A stretch of DNA of 64,000 nt from Heterodontus francisci (lineage: Eukaryota). The stretch is from assembly GCF_036365525.1 (NCBI RefSeq), contig NC_090386.1, positions 81,800,797 to 81,864,796 on the forward strand. The letters are read 5' to 3'. Positions 12,166 to 24,600 of the stretch are shown here, piece after piece. Each line of letters begins with the position of its first letter. Position 1 is the stretch's first letter. The notes under the pieces are model-generated. The model saw only the letters and a program-made list of their open reading frames with translations, made no database searches and was not told the DNA's origin. The position numbers and the translations under genes were made by a program.

Positions 12166-12654
12166 TAATGAATTTATGTTTTGTTATTACAGTTGACTTC
12201 ACTTAGGAGTAAAGCAAACAGAGTAGCTCCATTTAAGAACACCTTGCTCCAGGTATGGATTTTGTTCATTTGGAAGGTTCCATTAAGAGCAACTTCCACT
12301 TTTTGTTACAGCTTTAATTTATATTCTTGCCTCTCTTCTGCAAAATTTCTCCCCACACTCTCCTGAAGGCATTGACACCTTGCTAGGCTATGGTCTCCAG
12401 TTAATCTACAATATTTCACTCAAGTGGCCATAATTCATTGTGAGCCTTGACAATGAGTGCCAGAAGGATATTTAATTCTTAGGCAGAATTATAGCCCAGC
12501 ATGATCCTGTCTCACCTGATGTCCACTCATTAACACTTCAAGCAGGGGGTCACTGGATAATGATCAGGAGAGGGAAAGCTGGATCCCTAACATTGCAGCA
12601 ACCCTCCTGCCAGTATGAATACTTGTTTGTCTGTGTTTCAATCAATGGAGCTTT

Positions 12655-12970
12655 CACTTTCAAGGCTCCAGAAATGTGAGCACTAATCTCGGCTGGCACT
12701 TCAGTGCAGTACTGAATGAGTTAGTGGTGGGGTTTTTTGGATGAGACGTTGAACAATGGCTCCATCTGCCCACTCAGGTGGTGTAAAAGAACTCTTGCAC
12801 TACTTTGAAAAAGAGCAGGGGAGTTTGTGGGATCTTACTGTGTGCAAAGTGTCAGCTGTGTTTCCAACATTACAACAGTGACCACACTTTAAAATTACAT
12901 CATTGACTGTAAAGCGATTTGGGACATCTTGAGGTTGTGAAAGGGATCATATAAATGGAAGTTTTTCTTT
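12655..12970 (+). mobile_element. DeuSINE (SacSINE1-like)
   Basis: Contains CAGTGCAGTACTGA..TTGGATGAGACGTTGAAC..TCTGCCCACTCAGGTGG..GTGGGATCTTACTGTGTGCAAA..TATAAATGGAAGT. Confidence 0.8.
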
Positions 12971-13010
12971 TTTAATATGAGTTTCATGCTCTCATGCCAC
13001 TGGAGACCAA

Positions 13011-15254
13011 GGGCTGAGTTTTCGAATTCCTCTGGGGGTGTTGGAATCAGAGGCAGGTGGGGACTGAAAATACTGGCACCGGCCAGCATGCCAGTTTCTT
13101 GACACTGTGCTCGGCGCTGGTGAATTTCACCAGGGTTGGGGGCGGGGCGGCCATGAGATTCCTCCCAATCCATTAACAGCACCAATTAACATTGTTAAAG
13201 AGCTCATCGAGGGGCACGTTCTGATTTTAATGAGGGCGTACATGCTGCAAGTGCTGTGTGGAACAGCTAAATGGAGGCAGACACACAGTGGGGTGCCAGT
13301 CATGGAATTAACTGGGCCGCACGAAAGGGTGAATGGTGCAGAGGGGGACTCGCCTATTGGGAGACAAGTGCCATCGGCTCAGAGCTTCCCTTGTAGCCTC
13401 AGAGGATGTGGAGGCAGCCTGTTCACTTGTCTTGGCCTGTGCCTGAGATGTACTGGTGGTCGTCCTCGTCCTCGTCATGGAGGTGTCCATGGGCCCATCT
13501 CCAAAGATTGCTGCACCATCACTGGGCTCTGCTGCACAGATGCTCCCTCTGTCAGATGGGTCAAGAAGGTCGAAGATTATGATGCTGCCCAGTGAGGGGT
13601 GGCAACCTCATCCTCTTCATTGACTGCTTTTGGCACTCCAGATGGCTAGAGGGGAGCAGCAGCTGGGGTGCAACCTGCATCCCCTCCAAACATCTCTGCG
13701 CCATCGGCACCACTATGCTAGACAGTGTAGCATGCATCCTTTGTAGGTCAGTGTTCAGTTCCTGCACACACTCCAAGTACTGCCGCATATGGCTCTCCAT
13801 GAGGTTGGCCACTCTCTCAGTGGAGGAGCTCATGCGTTCAAAGCCCTGAGCCATTATGGCACACATGAGCTGGATGGACTCCTCCATTCTCTGCTTGAGG
13901 CCCCGTGCTGCCTCAGGGAACTCCAACATGTGGGAGCACATCTGTTGCTGCTGGTCTCGGTAAAGCCTCCTTTCCTGTGACTCCTGAGGCCCCAGATGAG
14001 CAGAGCCGGGACTGTCCCTCTTCCGAGGGGTCTGCCCACAGTTGCCTCTGCCTCTGGCACCTCCTGCTGCACACTAGTGCTGTGCTCCTCACCCAGTGCC
14101 ACTCAATCCAACCACGCATGAGGACCTACCAAGATGGTTGTATCTGTGCAGGTGGGTGGTGCACTTGTAAGGTGTGATGGTGCCTCTTTGGAGCTTTGTA
14201 ACTGCTACGATTGACCCGGTGATGTTGAAGGAGTTTGTGTCTTTGGCTCACATTTGCACCTGTGGGAAACACAAGAAGAGATCATGAGAACTAGACTGCA
14301 AAGCAGAAGCCTCTGCAATGCATTTCCCTCTCTAATCATTCATCTCGCCATGCTGACTTCCTCATTGTCCGTGAACCTGGCTATTTCCATGGCTCCGTCC
14401 TTCATGGCTGTGATCACGTGGAGGTGGGGGACCCCTCCACCAGTCTGGGCCTTCTCCTGGGCATTATGGTCCTGTTTCTCCTGCAAGGACCAAAGACATA
14501 AGGACATAAGGTACCACCATCCTCTACGGCCAATCTCAGCTGTTCCTATTCATTAGAAGCTGCATGTATCAATGCTGGCAGGCCCTCAGCAGCACTATGG
14601 CTCGAGCCATTCTCCCAGGTTCAGGAGCAGCATATGCCCTCAGACTCCTCAGCTGGTGCATCAGCTGCTGGGTGAATACCCAGAGGCCTGTTCTAAGGAT
14701 TGTGGATTGCACTCACCTTGCCAGAATGTATAGGCCATCAAACCTCTTCCGACACTGGATCCAACTTCTGCAGACAACACTCCTCTGCTGACTGTGTCAG
14801 CAATGTCTATTCAGGCCTGCTTAGTCTGGGTGGTTGGCCTTCTCTGGCCACCTTCTGGGAAGAGGACCTCCCTTCTCTCCCTTACAGCCTCCAGGAGGAC
14901 CTCCAGGTCCATTTCTGAGAACCGAGGGGCTGCCCTGGCCTGGGTTCCAGGCATCTGCCACTCCTGAGATATTCCAATTTCCTCACAATATTCTTCCAAG
15001 CTGAAGTTAAAGCACTCAAATGGCAGCCACAGTAATGGCTGCCATGTTTTCTTTAAACAATTCCACACTTGAGCAGTCTTGCCTCTGTTCCCACTCCCAC
15101 AGCTGCTAATTGGCTGCCAAATCTGTCTCTCGGCCAATTAAGGGGGAGCCCCTGTGAAACTCAGGGCCAGTGACTGCTTCCAGCCGGTGGTGGATTCAGG
15201 ACCCAGAAACGGTCCCAACTTCTATTTCCCACCCCCACAGCGAAAATCCTGCCC
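13011..15254 (-). mobile_element. PIF/Harbinger derivative carrying only the Myb/SANT-like gene
   Basis: TIRs GGGCTGAGTTTTCG and CGAAAATCCTGCCC, with 3-bp flanks CAA/TAA. Contains a Myb/SANT-like coding remnant and no transposase. Confidence 0.82.
13310..14954 (-). pseudogene. Harbinger Myb/SANT (MSANTD/NAIF1-like) gene remnant with introns
   Basis: Exon 1 (14954-14717) reads MPGTQARAAPRFSEMDLEVLLEAVRERREVLFP, with donor AAG|GTGAGT. Acceptor TCCTTGCAG| at 14481 leads into EKQDHNAQEKAQTGGGVP. Acceptor TTTCCCACAG| at 14260 leads into a coiled-coil-like segment (ORF 13561-13941). An in-frame stop occurs at 14811. Confidence 0.8.
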
Positions 15255-16534
15255 TAAATGATTGAGAGGGAATGTTATATTCTTGTACTGCCTTATTCTA
15301 ATACTATTAGCAGTTCAAAGTCACATAAAAAAGTCTTAGAATGTGACCATACTGTAATAATATTTTTTGTAATAATATTTTCTTCTAAGTGTAAAATGAA
15401 TCAGAAAAGTAGTTGTGAGTAAACAGGTAGTGACCAACAAAATCATTTCAAGTTTTACTGTTATGTTTTGTTCCTAACTGTAAGATGCAATTAATGATAT
15501 AAACTGAAGAATTGTGTTAAGGAATGTAATGGCCTATGCAGGAATGTGACATGCAAATGACATTCTGAATATCCTATTTGGCACAAGAATTAATCAAAGA
15601 AAAAAAGCTTAAGTTTTTGGAAGATAGTAATTCTTCTTGGTGGAAAATAATCAGTGGTGTATTTCAGAAGGATCCAAGGAATGTTGTTTACCATCTATGC
15701 TACATTTCTACTTGCTGTTTAATTTTATGTTGTAAGAATTAGTTTGATAGCACCTCCTTCCTCTGTGTCCTTTGCCACTGAGATGGACAAGAGCAGAAAT
15801 GTTATCACTTCCAAGTTCCCCTCCAAGTCACACACAATCCTGATTTTGACCTTTTTTTTGCTTCTTCAGTGTTGCTGGGTCAAAATGCTAGAATTCTCTA
15901 CCTTCACAGCTTTGTAGGAGCATCATCATACTTTGTGCCTGTATTCACAAAAGAGGCGGGCGACGCATTCATCTTAGTTAAGGAGAAAGAGTGTGAAATA
16001 TTGAATGGGATAAACATAGTGAAAGAGGAAGTATTTAAGGTGTTTAGGATAGTTGAAAGCAGAAAAATAACCAGGCTCAGATGAAATGTATCCCAGACTG
16101 TTAAGAGAAGCAAGGGAGGAAATAATAGAGGCTCTGACCACCATTTCCCAATTGTGTCTGGCTACAAGTGTGGCACTGGAGGACTGCTAATGTACTATTG
16201 TTTTAAAAAGGAGGAGGGGATAGACTGAGTAATTATAGTCCAATCAGCCTAATCTCGGTGGTGGGCAAATTATTGGAAAAAATTCTAAGGGAAAGTATAA
16301 ATCATTATTTAGAAATGCACAAATCAATTAAGGGCAGTCAGATATGGGAGGTCGTGTCTGACTAACTTGATTCCATTTTTTGAAGAGATATCAAGGAGGG
16401 TCAACAAGAGAATAATTCTTGATGTAGTCTACATGGATTTTAGCAAGACTTTTGACAAAGTCCCACATGGCAAACTGGTCAGAAAGGTAAGAACCAATGG
16501 GATCCAAGGGAAAGTGGCAAGTTGGGTCTGAAAT

Positions 16535-17435
16535 AAAAACAGAACGTGATGGAAATACTCAGCAGGCCAGGCAGCATCTGTGTAGAGAGAAGCAGAGTTA
16601 ACGTTTCAGGTCTGTGACCTTTCATCAGAACTGGCAAAGGTTAGAAAAGAAATAGGTTTTAAGCAATGGAAGGGATGTGGGTAGTGGGGAAGAGAACAAA
16701 GGGAAGGTGCGTGATAGGGCAGAGGGCAGGAGAGATTGATTAACAAAGCTGTCCTGGGACAAAGGCAAAGAGTGTGTTAATGCATGTGGTGAAAGACAAA
16801 ACATTAGTCCAGAGAGAGTGTTAATAGCGGAATAGCGGAATAATGTCTACATGAAAAAGAGGCACACAGTTAAAAAAAAGTAAAATGAAAATGTAAAAAT
16901 ATTAAAAAGGACCTGTCATCCTCTGAAGTCATTGAACTCAATGTTCAGTCCACAAGGCTGTAGAGTGCGTAATCGAAAGTTCAGGTGCTGCTCCTTGAGC
17001 CTGTGTTGATGTTCACTGGAACACTGGAGCAGGCCAAAGACAGAAATGTTGGCATGAGAGCAGTGGGGTGGGAGTTGAAATGGTAAGTGACCGGAGGCTT
17101 GGGGTCATGCTTTCGGACTGAGTAGAGGTGTTCAGCAAAGCGCTCATCCAATCTGCGTTTGGTTTCCCCAATATAGAGGCGACCGCATTGTGAACATTGA
17201 ATACAGTATACTAAATTGAAGGAAGTACAAGTAAATTGCTGCTTCACCTGGAAGGAGTGTTTGGGGCCTTGGATGGTGAGGAGAGAGGAGGTAAAAGGGC
17301 AGGTATTACACCTCCTAAGATTGCATGGGAAGGTGCCATAGGAAGGGGACGAGGTGACGGGTGATGGAAGAGTGGACCAGGGTGTCGTGGAGGGAACGAT
17401 CCCTTTGGAATGCTGACAGGGGAGGAGAAGGGAAG
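16535..17435 (-). mobile_element. Penelope-like element, 5'-truncated, with GIY-YIG endonuclease
   Basis: ORF 16981-17472 reads CNLRRCNTC..FTCTSFNLVYCIQCSQCGRLYIGETKRRLDERFAEH. Flanked by a 16-bp direct repeat AAGTTGG(G/A)TCTGAAAT at 16519-16534 and 17436-17451. Confidence 0.92.
16596..16632 (-). ncRNA. Minimal type I hammerhead ribozyme in the Penelope terminal region
   Basis: Minus strand AGTT-CTGATGA-A-AGGTC-ACA-GACCT-GAA-ACGT-T-AACT: intact core, 5-bp stem II, palindromic ACGT stem III, GUU triplet and 4-bp stem I. Confidence 0.8.
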
Positions 17436-17571
17436 AAGTTGGATCTGAAATTGACCCAGTGGCAGGAAGCAAAGGGTAATGGTCAATGGATGTTTTTGTG
17501 ACTGGAAGGCTGTTTCCAATGGCATTCCACAGGGCTTGGTACTAGGTCCCTTGCTTTTTGTGGTATATAAC

Positions 17572-17886
17572 CACTGCACAGTGGCGCAGTGGTTAGCACT
17601 GCAGCCTCACAGCTCCAGGGACCCGGGTTCGATTCTGGGTACTGCCTGTGCGGAGTTTGCAAGTTCTCCCTCTGTCTGCGTGGGTTTTCGCCGGGTGCTC
17701 CGGTTTCCTCCCACATCCAAAGACTTGCAGGTGATAGGTAAATTGGCCGTTGTAAATTGCCCCTCGTGTAGGGAAGTGATAGGGAATAGGGAATTACTGT
17801 AGGGTTAGTATAAATGGGTGGTTGTTGGGCGGCACAGACTCGGTGGGCTGAACGGCCTGTTTCAGTGCTGTATCTCTAAATAAAAA
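17572..17886 (+). mobile_element. HE1-type V-SINE inside the CR1
   Basis: Same head, V-domain and tail as 8264-8622. Confidence 0.92.
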
Positions 17887-18152
17887 CATCTGCAATTTAG
17901 TCTTAAATATGGGGGCATGATTAAGAAGTTTGCCAATGATACAGGAAATAGTTGTATAGTTGATAGAGAGGAAGAAAGCTGTAGAATGCAAGAAGGTATC
18001 AAATGAACTGGTTAGGAGGACAGCAAAGTGGGAAATGGAATTCAATCTGGAGAAATGTGAGCTTATATATTTGGGTAGGCCAAACCAGGCAAGGGAATAC
18101 ACAATAAATGGTAGGATACTGAGAAGAGTGAGGAACAGAGGGACCTTGGAGT

Positions 18153-18750
18153 TGTCATGCTAGGCCTCCACCTGCCAAGAATCAGGCACATCAATTTTGT
18201 CATGAACATTGATTTTTAACTGTTGTTGGAGTGAGGAAATGACTTGTGAAACAGATCACCTGTGGCTGGAAATTTTTTTTTACATACTAACAGACATTGA
18301 AGGTGGGGGAGCTCGCATTCCAGGTTGACTGCTAAGATGGCTGAATACACAAATGCACATGGTCAAACCAGCTAGTCACATGACTAACCTGCTGGACAAC
18401 CTGAGTTTTTTGAATTTGTACAAACAGTTTGGGCAGAAAAGTCTGTTTACTCCTGGACTGAGAAGATTTCTCTCCTGTCTGCTCCCATTTCTCTCCCTCA
18501 CAAGACTCTGAAACCACTGAAGACACATGAATCCCCAGAGAGAAAAGTCTCCCACAGCAAACAAGGTTTAAGAAGAATACTGGGCCCCAACGAAAAGCAA
18601 GATCTACCTACAATCAAGGACTCTACAACGTTTCCACTTTATTTTTCTTCAGCTCTTTTCTGTCTCTATTTGCATGTGTGTATCACGTATGCATGCTAGC
18701 ATGGGTGCGTCGTGTATCCATATGTGTGAAACTTAAAACTCTAATTCGGT
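18153..18750 (+). mobile_element. LTR fragment, 3'-truncated, related to the solo LTR at 30027-31045
   Basis: Starts TGTCA and shares AGTCACATGACTAACCTGCTGG, TACTGGGCCCCAA and TGCATGCTAGC with 30027-31045. Confidence 0.7.
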
Positions 18751-18751
18751 T

Positions 18752-20325
18752 AATACAGTGGCTACAAGAGCAGGTCAGAGGCTGGGAATTCTGTGGTGAG
18801 TAACTCACCTCCTGACTCCCCAAAGCCTATCCACCATCTACAAGGCACAAGTCAGTTGTGCGATGGAATACTTTTCACTTGACTGGATGAGGGCAGCTCC
18901 AACACTCAGGAAGCTCAATACCATCCTGGACAAAGCATTCTGCTTGATTGGCACCCCATCCACCACCTTCAACATTTACTCCCTCCACCACCAGCACACA
19001 GTGGCAGCAGTGTGTACCATCTACAAGATGTACTGCAGCAGCGCACCAAGGCTCCTTCGACAGCACCTTCCAAACTCCAACCTCTACCACCTAGAAGGAC
19101 AAAGGCAGCAGATGCACGGGAGCATCACCACCTGCAAATTCCCCTCCAAGTCGTGCACCATCCTCTTATGGTCAGGTGAGGAGGGGTTGAAGGGCTTCCT
19201 TCTTTTCCCTCTCCTTTTTTGACCACAATAGGTTTAATTCTTTTTTAAAGTAGATGTGCTTGCCAATTCAGTGAGTGTTTGATTATTTGTGTGCTGTGAT
19301 CATAAAAAAAAACAATCAGACAGATTTCTTGAGTTTAACAAAGAAAGAGGTTAGCTTTATTGTGGAGTTTGGTAACTCGGCTGGCTTCTGGCTGAATTCG
19401 GTGGTCCTGAGGCTTTCGGTTTGAAGAGATAGATGACTGATTCGGTGGGTCTCTTGGAGACAGTGATGCAGATGATTTCCTTCAAGGGGTTTCCGGTTGC
19501 AGCTGGGGTATGCAGAGGTGGTCACAGTCAGCAGGCAGGGTTCAAAGCTTACAAGCTGAAATGGGGAGAGAGAGAGACAGAGAGAAAGGAGGGACCCCCA
19601 CTTGGGTCTGCTCTTGTCAGAGTACAGATGCTTGTCAGCCTGCTGCAGAGAAGGACCAGTTTAAAACACACACATGGAGTGGTGGGGCGGGGCAGGGGTG
19701 GTGGGGGGGGGGGGTGGTGGTTGGTGGGGGGTGCTTGTCACATAACTGTCACCCAGTGATTCAAGCATGGTAGTTAACAGTGTGCATTTCTTCTTGCAAC
19801 TATGTCTGTTTACCCATGTCTGGGGATTTCTTTTGCACAACTCAAGTCCCATTGTTCAAGTGATAGTCTTGATGCCTTGCTAATGGGAACAGGCAGTTCC
19901 CTTAAATTTCCGAGGTCTTGGTTTTTGTTGGGACGGGGCAGACACTTCACCTCCACTTCACAGGCCTTGGAATGTAGGATACAGTGTTACAAATTTGGTG
20001 GCTATCTTAAGCTGCTAGCAAAGTCACCTCTTATCTGTTCCTTTTTAATTACTTTAAAACAAATGAATGCAGGTCTCCAGCCAGTGGATTAAAAAGGTTA
20101 TCATTCAACATAGCATGTTGACATGCCAATCCTGTCTTGGAACTATATCACCATTCCTTCACTGTCACTGAATCAAAATCCTGGAACTCCATTCCTAACA
20201 GCACTGTGCGTGTACCTACACCAAATGGACTGCAGCGGTTTAAGAAGGCAGCTCACCACCACCTTCTCAAGGGCAATTAGGATGGGCAACAAATGGTCAG
20301 CGACGCCCACATCCCATGAAAAAAT
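18752..20325 (+). mobile_element. Jockey-group LINE 3' fragment, same family as 36075-38745, split by a solo LTR
   Basis: 18752-19163 and 20129-20325 are collinear with 38140-38745 (MEYFSLDWMRAAPTLRKLNTILDKA...HTVAAVCTIYKM). Confidence 0.85.
19164..20128 (-). mobile_element. Solo LTR of the same family as the 3' LTR at 56419-57520
   Basis: The reverse complement matches both ends of 56419-57520. A 4-bp repeat ATCC lies at 19160-19163 and 20129-20132. Confidence 0.82.
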
Positions 20326-20546
20326 AAAAAAATTGCAGGAAGGATGTGATCTTATTAGAGAGGGTACAAGGAGATTTATGAAGATGTTGCCAGCATTGGA
20401 GAATTTTAGATAATAGGAAAGATTGGATGGGCTGGGGTTGTTTTCTTTGGAACAGAGGAGGCTGAGGGGAGTTTTTCTTGAGATGTCTAAAATTATAAGG
20501 GGCCTAGATGGAGTGAATAGGAAGGACCTAGTTCCCTTAGCAAAGA

Positions 20547-23395
20547 GAAACATAGGAGCAGGAGTAGGCCTTTCTGCCCATCGAGCCTGCTCCACCATTC
20601 AATATGATCATGGCTAATTATCCACTTCAATGCCTTTTTCCCACACTATCCCCATATCTCTTTATGCCATTGGTATTTAGAAATCTGTCAATCTCTGTTT
20701 TAAACATACTCAATGACTGAGCTTCCACAGTCCTCTGAGGTAGAGAATTCCAAAGATTCACAACATTCTAAGCAAAGAAATTTCTCCTCATCTTGGTCCT
20801 AAGTGGCTTCCCCCTTATTTTGAAATTGTGTCCCCTGGTTCTAGACTCTCCAACCAGGGGAAACATCTTACCTGCATTGACCCTGTCTATCCCTTTAAGT
20901 ATTTTAGAGGGTTCAATGAGAACATCTCTCATTCTATGAAACTCTAGAGAATACAGGCCCAGTTTCCCCAATCTCTCTTCATAGGACAGTCCCGCCATCC
21001 CAGGAGCAAGTCTGGTGAACCTTCGTTGCACTCCTTCTATGGCAATAATATCCTTCCTAAGGTGATGGGACCAAAACTGTACACAATACTCCAGGTGCAG
21101 TCTAACCAAGGTTCTATACAATTAAAAGAAGACTTTGTTACTCCTGTACTCAAATCCTCTTGCAATAAAGGCTAACATACCATTAGCCTTCCTAATTGCT
21201 TGCTGCACCTGCATGTTAGCTTTCAGTGACTTATTGACAGGGACACCCAGGTTCCTTTGTACATCTACACTTTCTAATCTTTTACCATTTAAGAAATACT
21301 CTGCACATCTATTCCTCCTACCAAAGTGGATAACTTCACATTTTTCCACATTATTTTCCATCTGCCATGTTCTTGCCCATTCACTAAGTCTGTCCAAATC
21401 CCCTTGAAGCCACTTTGCATCTTCCTCACAACACACATTCCCACCTAGTTTTGCGTCATCTGTGAACTTGGAAATATTACATTTGGTCCCCACATCCAAA
21501 TCATTGATATATATTGTGAACATTGATATATATTGGGGCCCAAGTACTGATCCTTGTGTTACCCCATGAGTCACAGCCTGCCAATGCAAGAATGACCCAT
21601 TTATTCCTACTGTTTTCTGCCTGTTAACTGATCCTTAATCCATGCCAGTATATTACCTCCTATCCCATGTGCTTTAATTTTGACAACCAATTATGGCAAT
21701 TAGATCATACCCATTTACCTCTATTTGTGCCTTTAAGTCATCTACCTTATTGCGAATGCTGTGTGCATTCAGCTAGAGTGCCCTTAAACTTGCCTTTTTG
21801 ACATTATTCTGCATTCTAAGCCTAATTGATAATCGTCTTTGTTTCATCTGCCTTCTAATTTTGCTTGCTACTTCTCCATTTCCTGTTGCCAGCTTAACTT
21901 CCTTGCAATTTGAGCTACCCTCAGGTTCCCATGCCCCCGATAATCTAGTTTAAACTCTCCCCAATAGCACTTTCAAATCTCCCTGTGAGGATATTAGTCC
22001 CGGTCCTGTTAAGGTGTAGCCCGTCCATCTTGTACAGGTCCCACCTGCCCCAGAACCGGTCCCAATGCCTCAGAAATCTGATGCCCTCCCTCCTACACCA
22101 ATTCTCCAGCCACATATTCAATCAATCAATCCTCCTATTCCTATGCTCACTAGCACATGGCACTGGGATTAATCCTGAGATTACTGTTCTTGAGGTCCTG
22201 CTTTTTAATTTCCTTCCTAACTCCCTAAAACCTGCCTTCAGGACTCATCTCTCTTCCTACCTGTGTCACTGGTACCGATGCAGACCACGACCTCTGGCTG
22301 TTCACCCTTCCACAGAAGGATGTCCTGCAGCTGCTCCGTGACATCTTTGACCCTGGAACCAGGGAGGCAACACACCATCCTGGAGTCACATTTACTGCCA
22401 CAGAAACGCCTGTCTGATCCCTTGACTATCAAATCCCCTATCACTATTGCTCTTCCACTCTTCTTCCTTCCCTCCTGTGCAGCTGAGCCACCTGTGGTGC
22501 CATGGACTTTGCTCTGGCTGCACTCCCCTGAGGAACCATCGCCCTTACCAGTATCCAAAATGGAAAACCAATTAGCAAGCAAGATCGACTCAGGGGATTC
22601 CTGCACTACCTGCCTGGTTCTCTTAGACTGCCTGGCAGTCACCCATTCCCTCTCTGCCTGCAGTGTGATCGCCTCCCTAAATGTGCTATCCATGTAGTCC
22701 TCCACCTCACAGATGCACAACACTGACTCCAGCCGCCACTTGAGTTCCGAAATGTAAGTTTCTGCAGCCAGTAACGCTTCCTGCAGATGTGTTTGTTGAG
22801 GAGACAAGGCGCATCCATGACTTCCCACATACTGCAGGATGTACATTCCACTTGGCCGAGCTGACCTGCCATACAGTAACTTTAAAAACTATTTATTACA
22901 ATTAGAATAAGTAGAATAACTTATCAGTTACTCACCAATCAGCTGTACCGAAGTAAGAACCAGCTACTAGAGGCTGAGAAATGGTGAAAAGAAGGAGAGA
23001 AGAGAGGAGAGAGAGAGGAGAGAGAAGAGGAAAGAAGAAAGAGAAGTGAGAGAGAGAGAGGAGAGGGAGAGGAGAGAGGAAAGACAGAGGAGAGAACAGA
23101 GGAGAGAACAGAGAGAGAAGAGAAGATAGAAGAGAAGAGAAAAAGAGCATTGCTTTTATACTTTCTGAAAAACAACTGATTCGAGCTTCTGAAAACCAGT
23201 TTAAAACAGCTACATAAGTAACTAGCTGCAACTGCTCCAAGAGAGCTTGTATACCCTTGTTTTAAGGCTAGAATAAAACTTAACTTCTCTTAACTTAAGG
23301 AGTCATTTTTAGTTAATTGCTAAATTGAAGAAAAACTAGACTTTGGATCGAAATTAACCCTTAAAACTTCTTCTCACCAGACTCAGCAGCTCTCA
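20547..23395 (-). mobile_element. CR1 LINE, 5'-complete but internally deleted, inserted in the older CR1
   Basis: ORF1 reads MAGQLGQVECTSCSMWEV..HICRK and then SGNH-like IVIGDLIVKG..CCLPGSRVKDV..VVVCIGTSD. RT shows QGSVLGP, SKFTDD and YRTLVRLHLEYCVQFW. At about 21690 the sequence jumps from the EN start into mid-RT. Confidence 0.9.
22985..23145 (+). repeat. Purine-rich (GA/GAGAG) low-complexity tract in the CR1 5' UTR
   Basis: About 160 nt consisting almost entirely of A and G. Confidence 0.9.
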
Positions 23396-23684
23396 GTCAC
23401 CAACCAGGGGCATAGATTTAAAGTAATTGGTAGAAGGATTAGAGGGGAATTGAGGGGAAGTCTTTTCACCCAGAGGGTGCTGCTGGTCTGGAACTCACTG
23501 TCTAACAGAGGAAGAAACATTCATTGCATTAAAAAAATATGTACTAGAAGTGCCATAATCTATGAGGCTATGGACCAAGAGCTGGAAAGTGGGATTAGGC
23601 TGGATAAATCTTTTTCAGTTGGTCCAGACATGATGGGACAAATGACTTCTTTTTGTGCCATAAATTTTCTATGTTTCTATGAGT

Positions 23685-24600
23685 GGTTAAGTGAGGGCAG
23701 GAAGGCAGTGATCTCAGAGAGTGAGCTGAGTTAAGATGGAAGTTAAAATGACCAAGGATAAGAAGTCACTTGGTGCAAAGGCTGAGGAAGAAAAGCAGTG
23801 AGGAAATCAGTGAGAAACTTGCCAATGGGGCTTGGGTCAGTGGTAGTGAATAAGAATTTTAAGGGACAGGCAAGAGGAGTAGAACAATGTAATGTGTTCA
23901 ATGGAGGAGCAGGTGCCAGAGAAGTAGGGGGACAGACCATGGTGAGATATGGTGATAAGGGTCACACTACCACTGTGGCAGTTTGAACAGGTCAGGGATT
24001 GGAAGGTAAGTAATTGAGGTGGTTTCAGTGAGGAGGAAGGTGTCATCATCCAGAGACCCAGTTTTTGTCAAGGCTATGCTATCAACACAATAATCCATAA
24101 TAAGGTAATGATTGGCAAGAGCCTTGTTCACAAGTGAAAGGGCACTCTGCGGTGAGGAGCGGTAACTGTAAATCCACTGGTAAAGTGAGCAGTGAAAGGG
24201 ATGCATGAGACAGCAAGGAAGTTGGCAAAATAACCCCCCAGCTAGACTACTGGGTGGGAAGGTCAGCAAAAGAATTTGATTCTTCAAACAGTTGGGGTTA
24301 CTGCTTGTAAGGAGGCACTGATAAGTGCCTCGATGGGCTCCTCAGAGAATGTTGAAAGAGGCACAGGAGGAAGCTACTGGGTTATTAAAGAGGGCATCAA
24401 ACCTGTGATAGGAGCAGCAGAGTAGAAAGGAATAGTGGAGGATTTTGGTAGGGATTTGGGGGGACAAAGTGTTCGAGAGGGAAGAAGTGAAAGGAGGAGT
24501 GACTGGGTAACAGCGAGGTGAAGAGATAGAACAGCAGGGAAAGGAAAAGGGAGATGGAGGTAAATAGTCACAGGTCTGATTACTTAATAATGATGAAAGT
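23685..24600 (-). mobile_element. L2-clade LINE endonuclease-region fragment, old
   Basis: LSLVNKALANHYLIMDYCVDSIALTKTGSLDDDT is a degraded APE motif (SLxNK...DxxALTETW). The strand is pyrimidine-rich, as L2 sequences typically are. Confidence 0.65.

Larger units (their letters stand above)
15915..23680 (+). mobile_element. CR1 LINE (RT and 3' end) split into five pieces by nested insertions
   Basis: Collinear CR1 ORF2 pieces at 15915-16534 (NYSPISLISVVGKLLE, VYMDFSKTFDKVPH), 17436-17571 (GIPQGLVLGP), 17887-18152, 20330-20546 (GLFSLEQRRLRG) and 23396-23680 (3' UTR). Confidence 0.88.

Noticed and set aside
14811-15137. MSANTD/NAIF1 host gene
   Set aside because: It has an in-frame stop in the Myb domain and lies inside TIRs with TSD-like flanks.
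21500-21535. Local direct repeat CATTGATATATATTG
   Set aside because: A small slippage duplication inside a decayed CR1 RT, with no sign of function.
22932-23240. Hydrophobic Leu/Ser/Phe-rich membrane-protein ORF
   Set aside because: It is a translation of the GA/CT low-complexity tract in a CR1 5' UTR.
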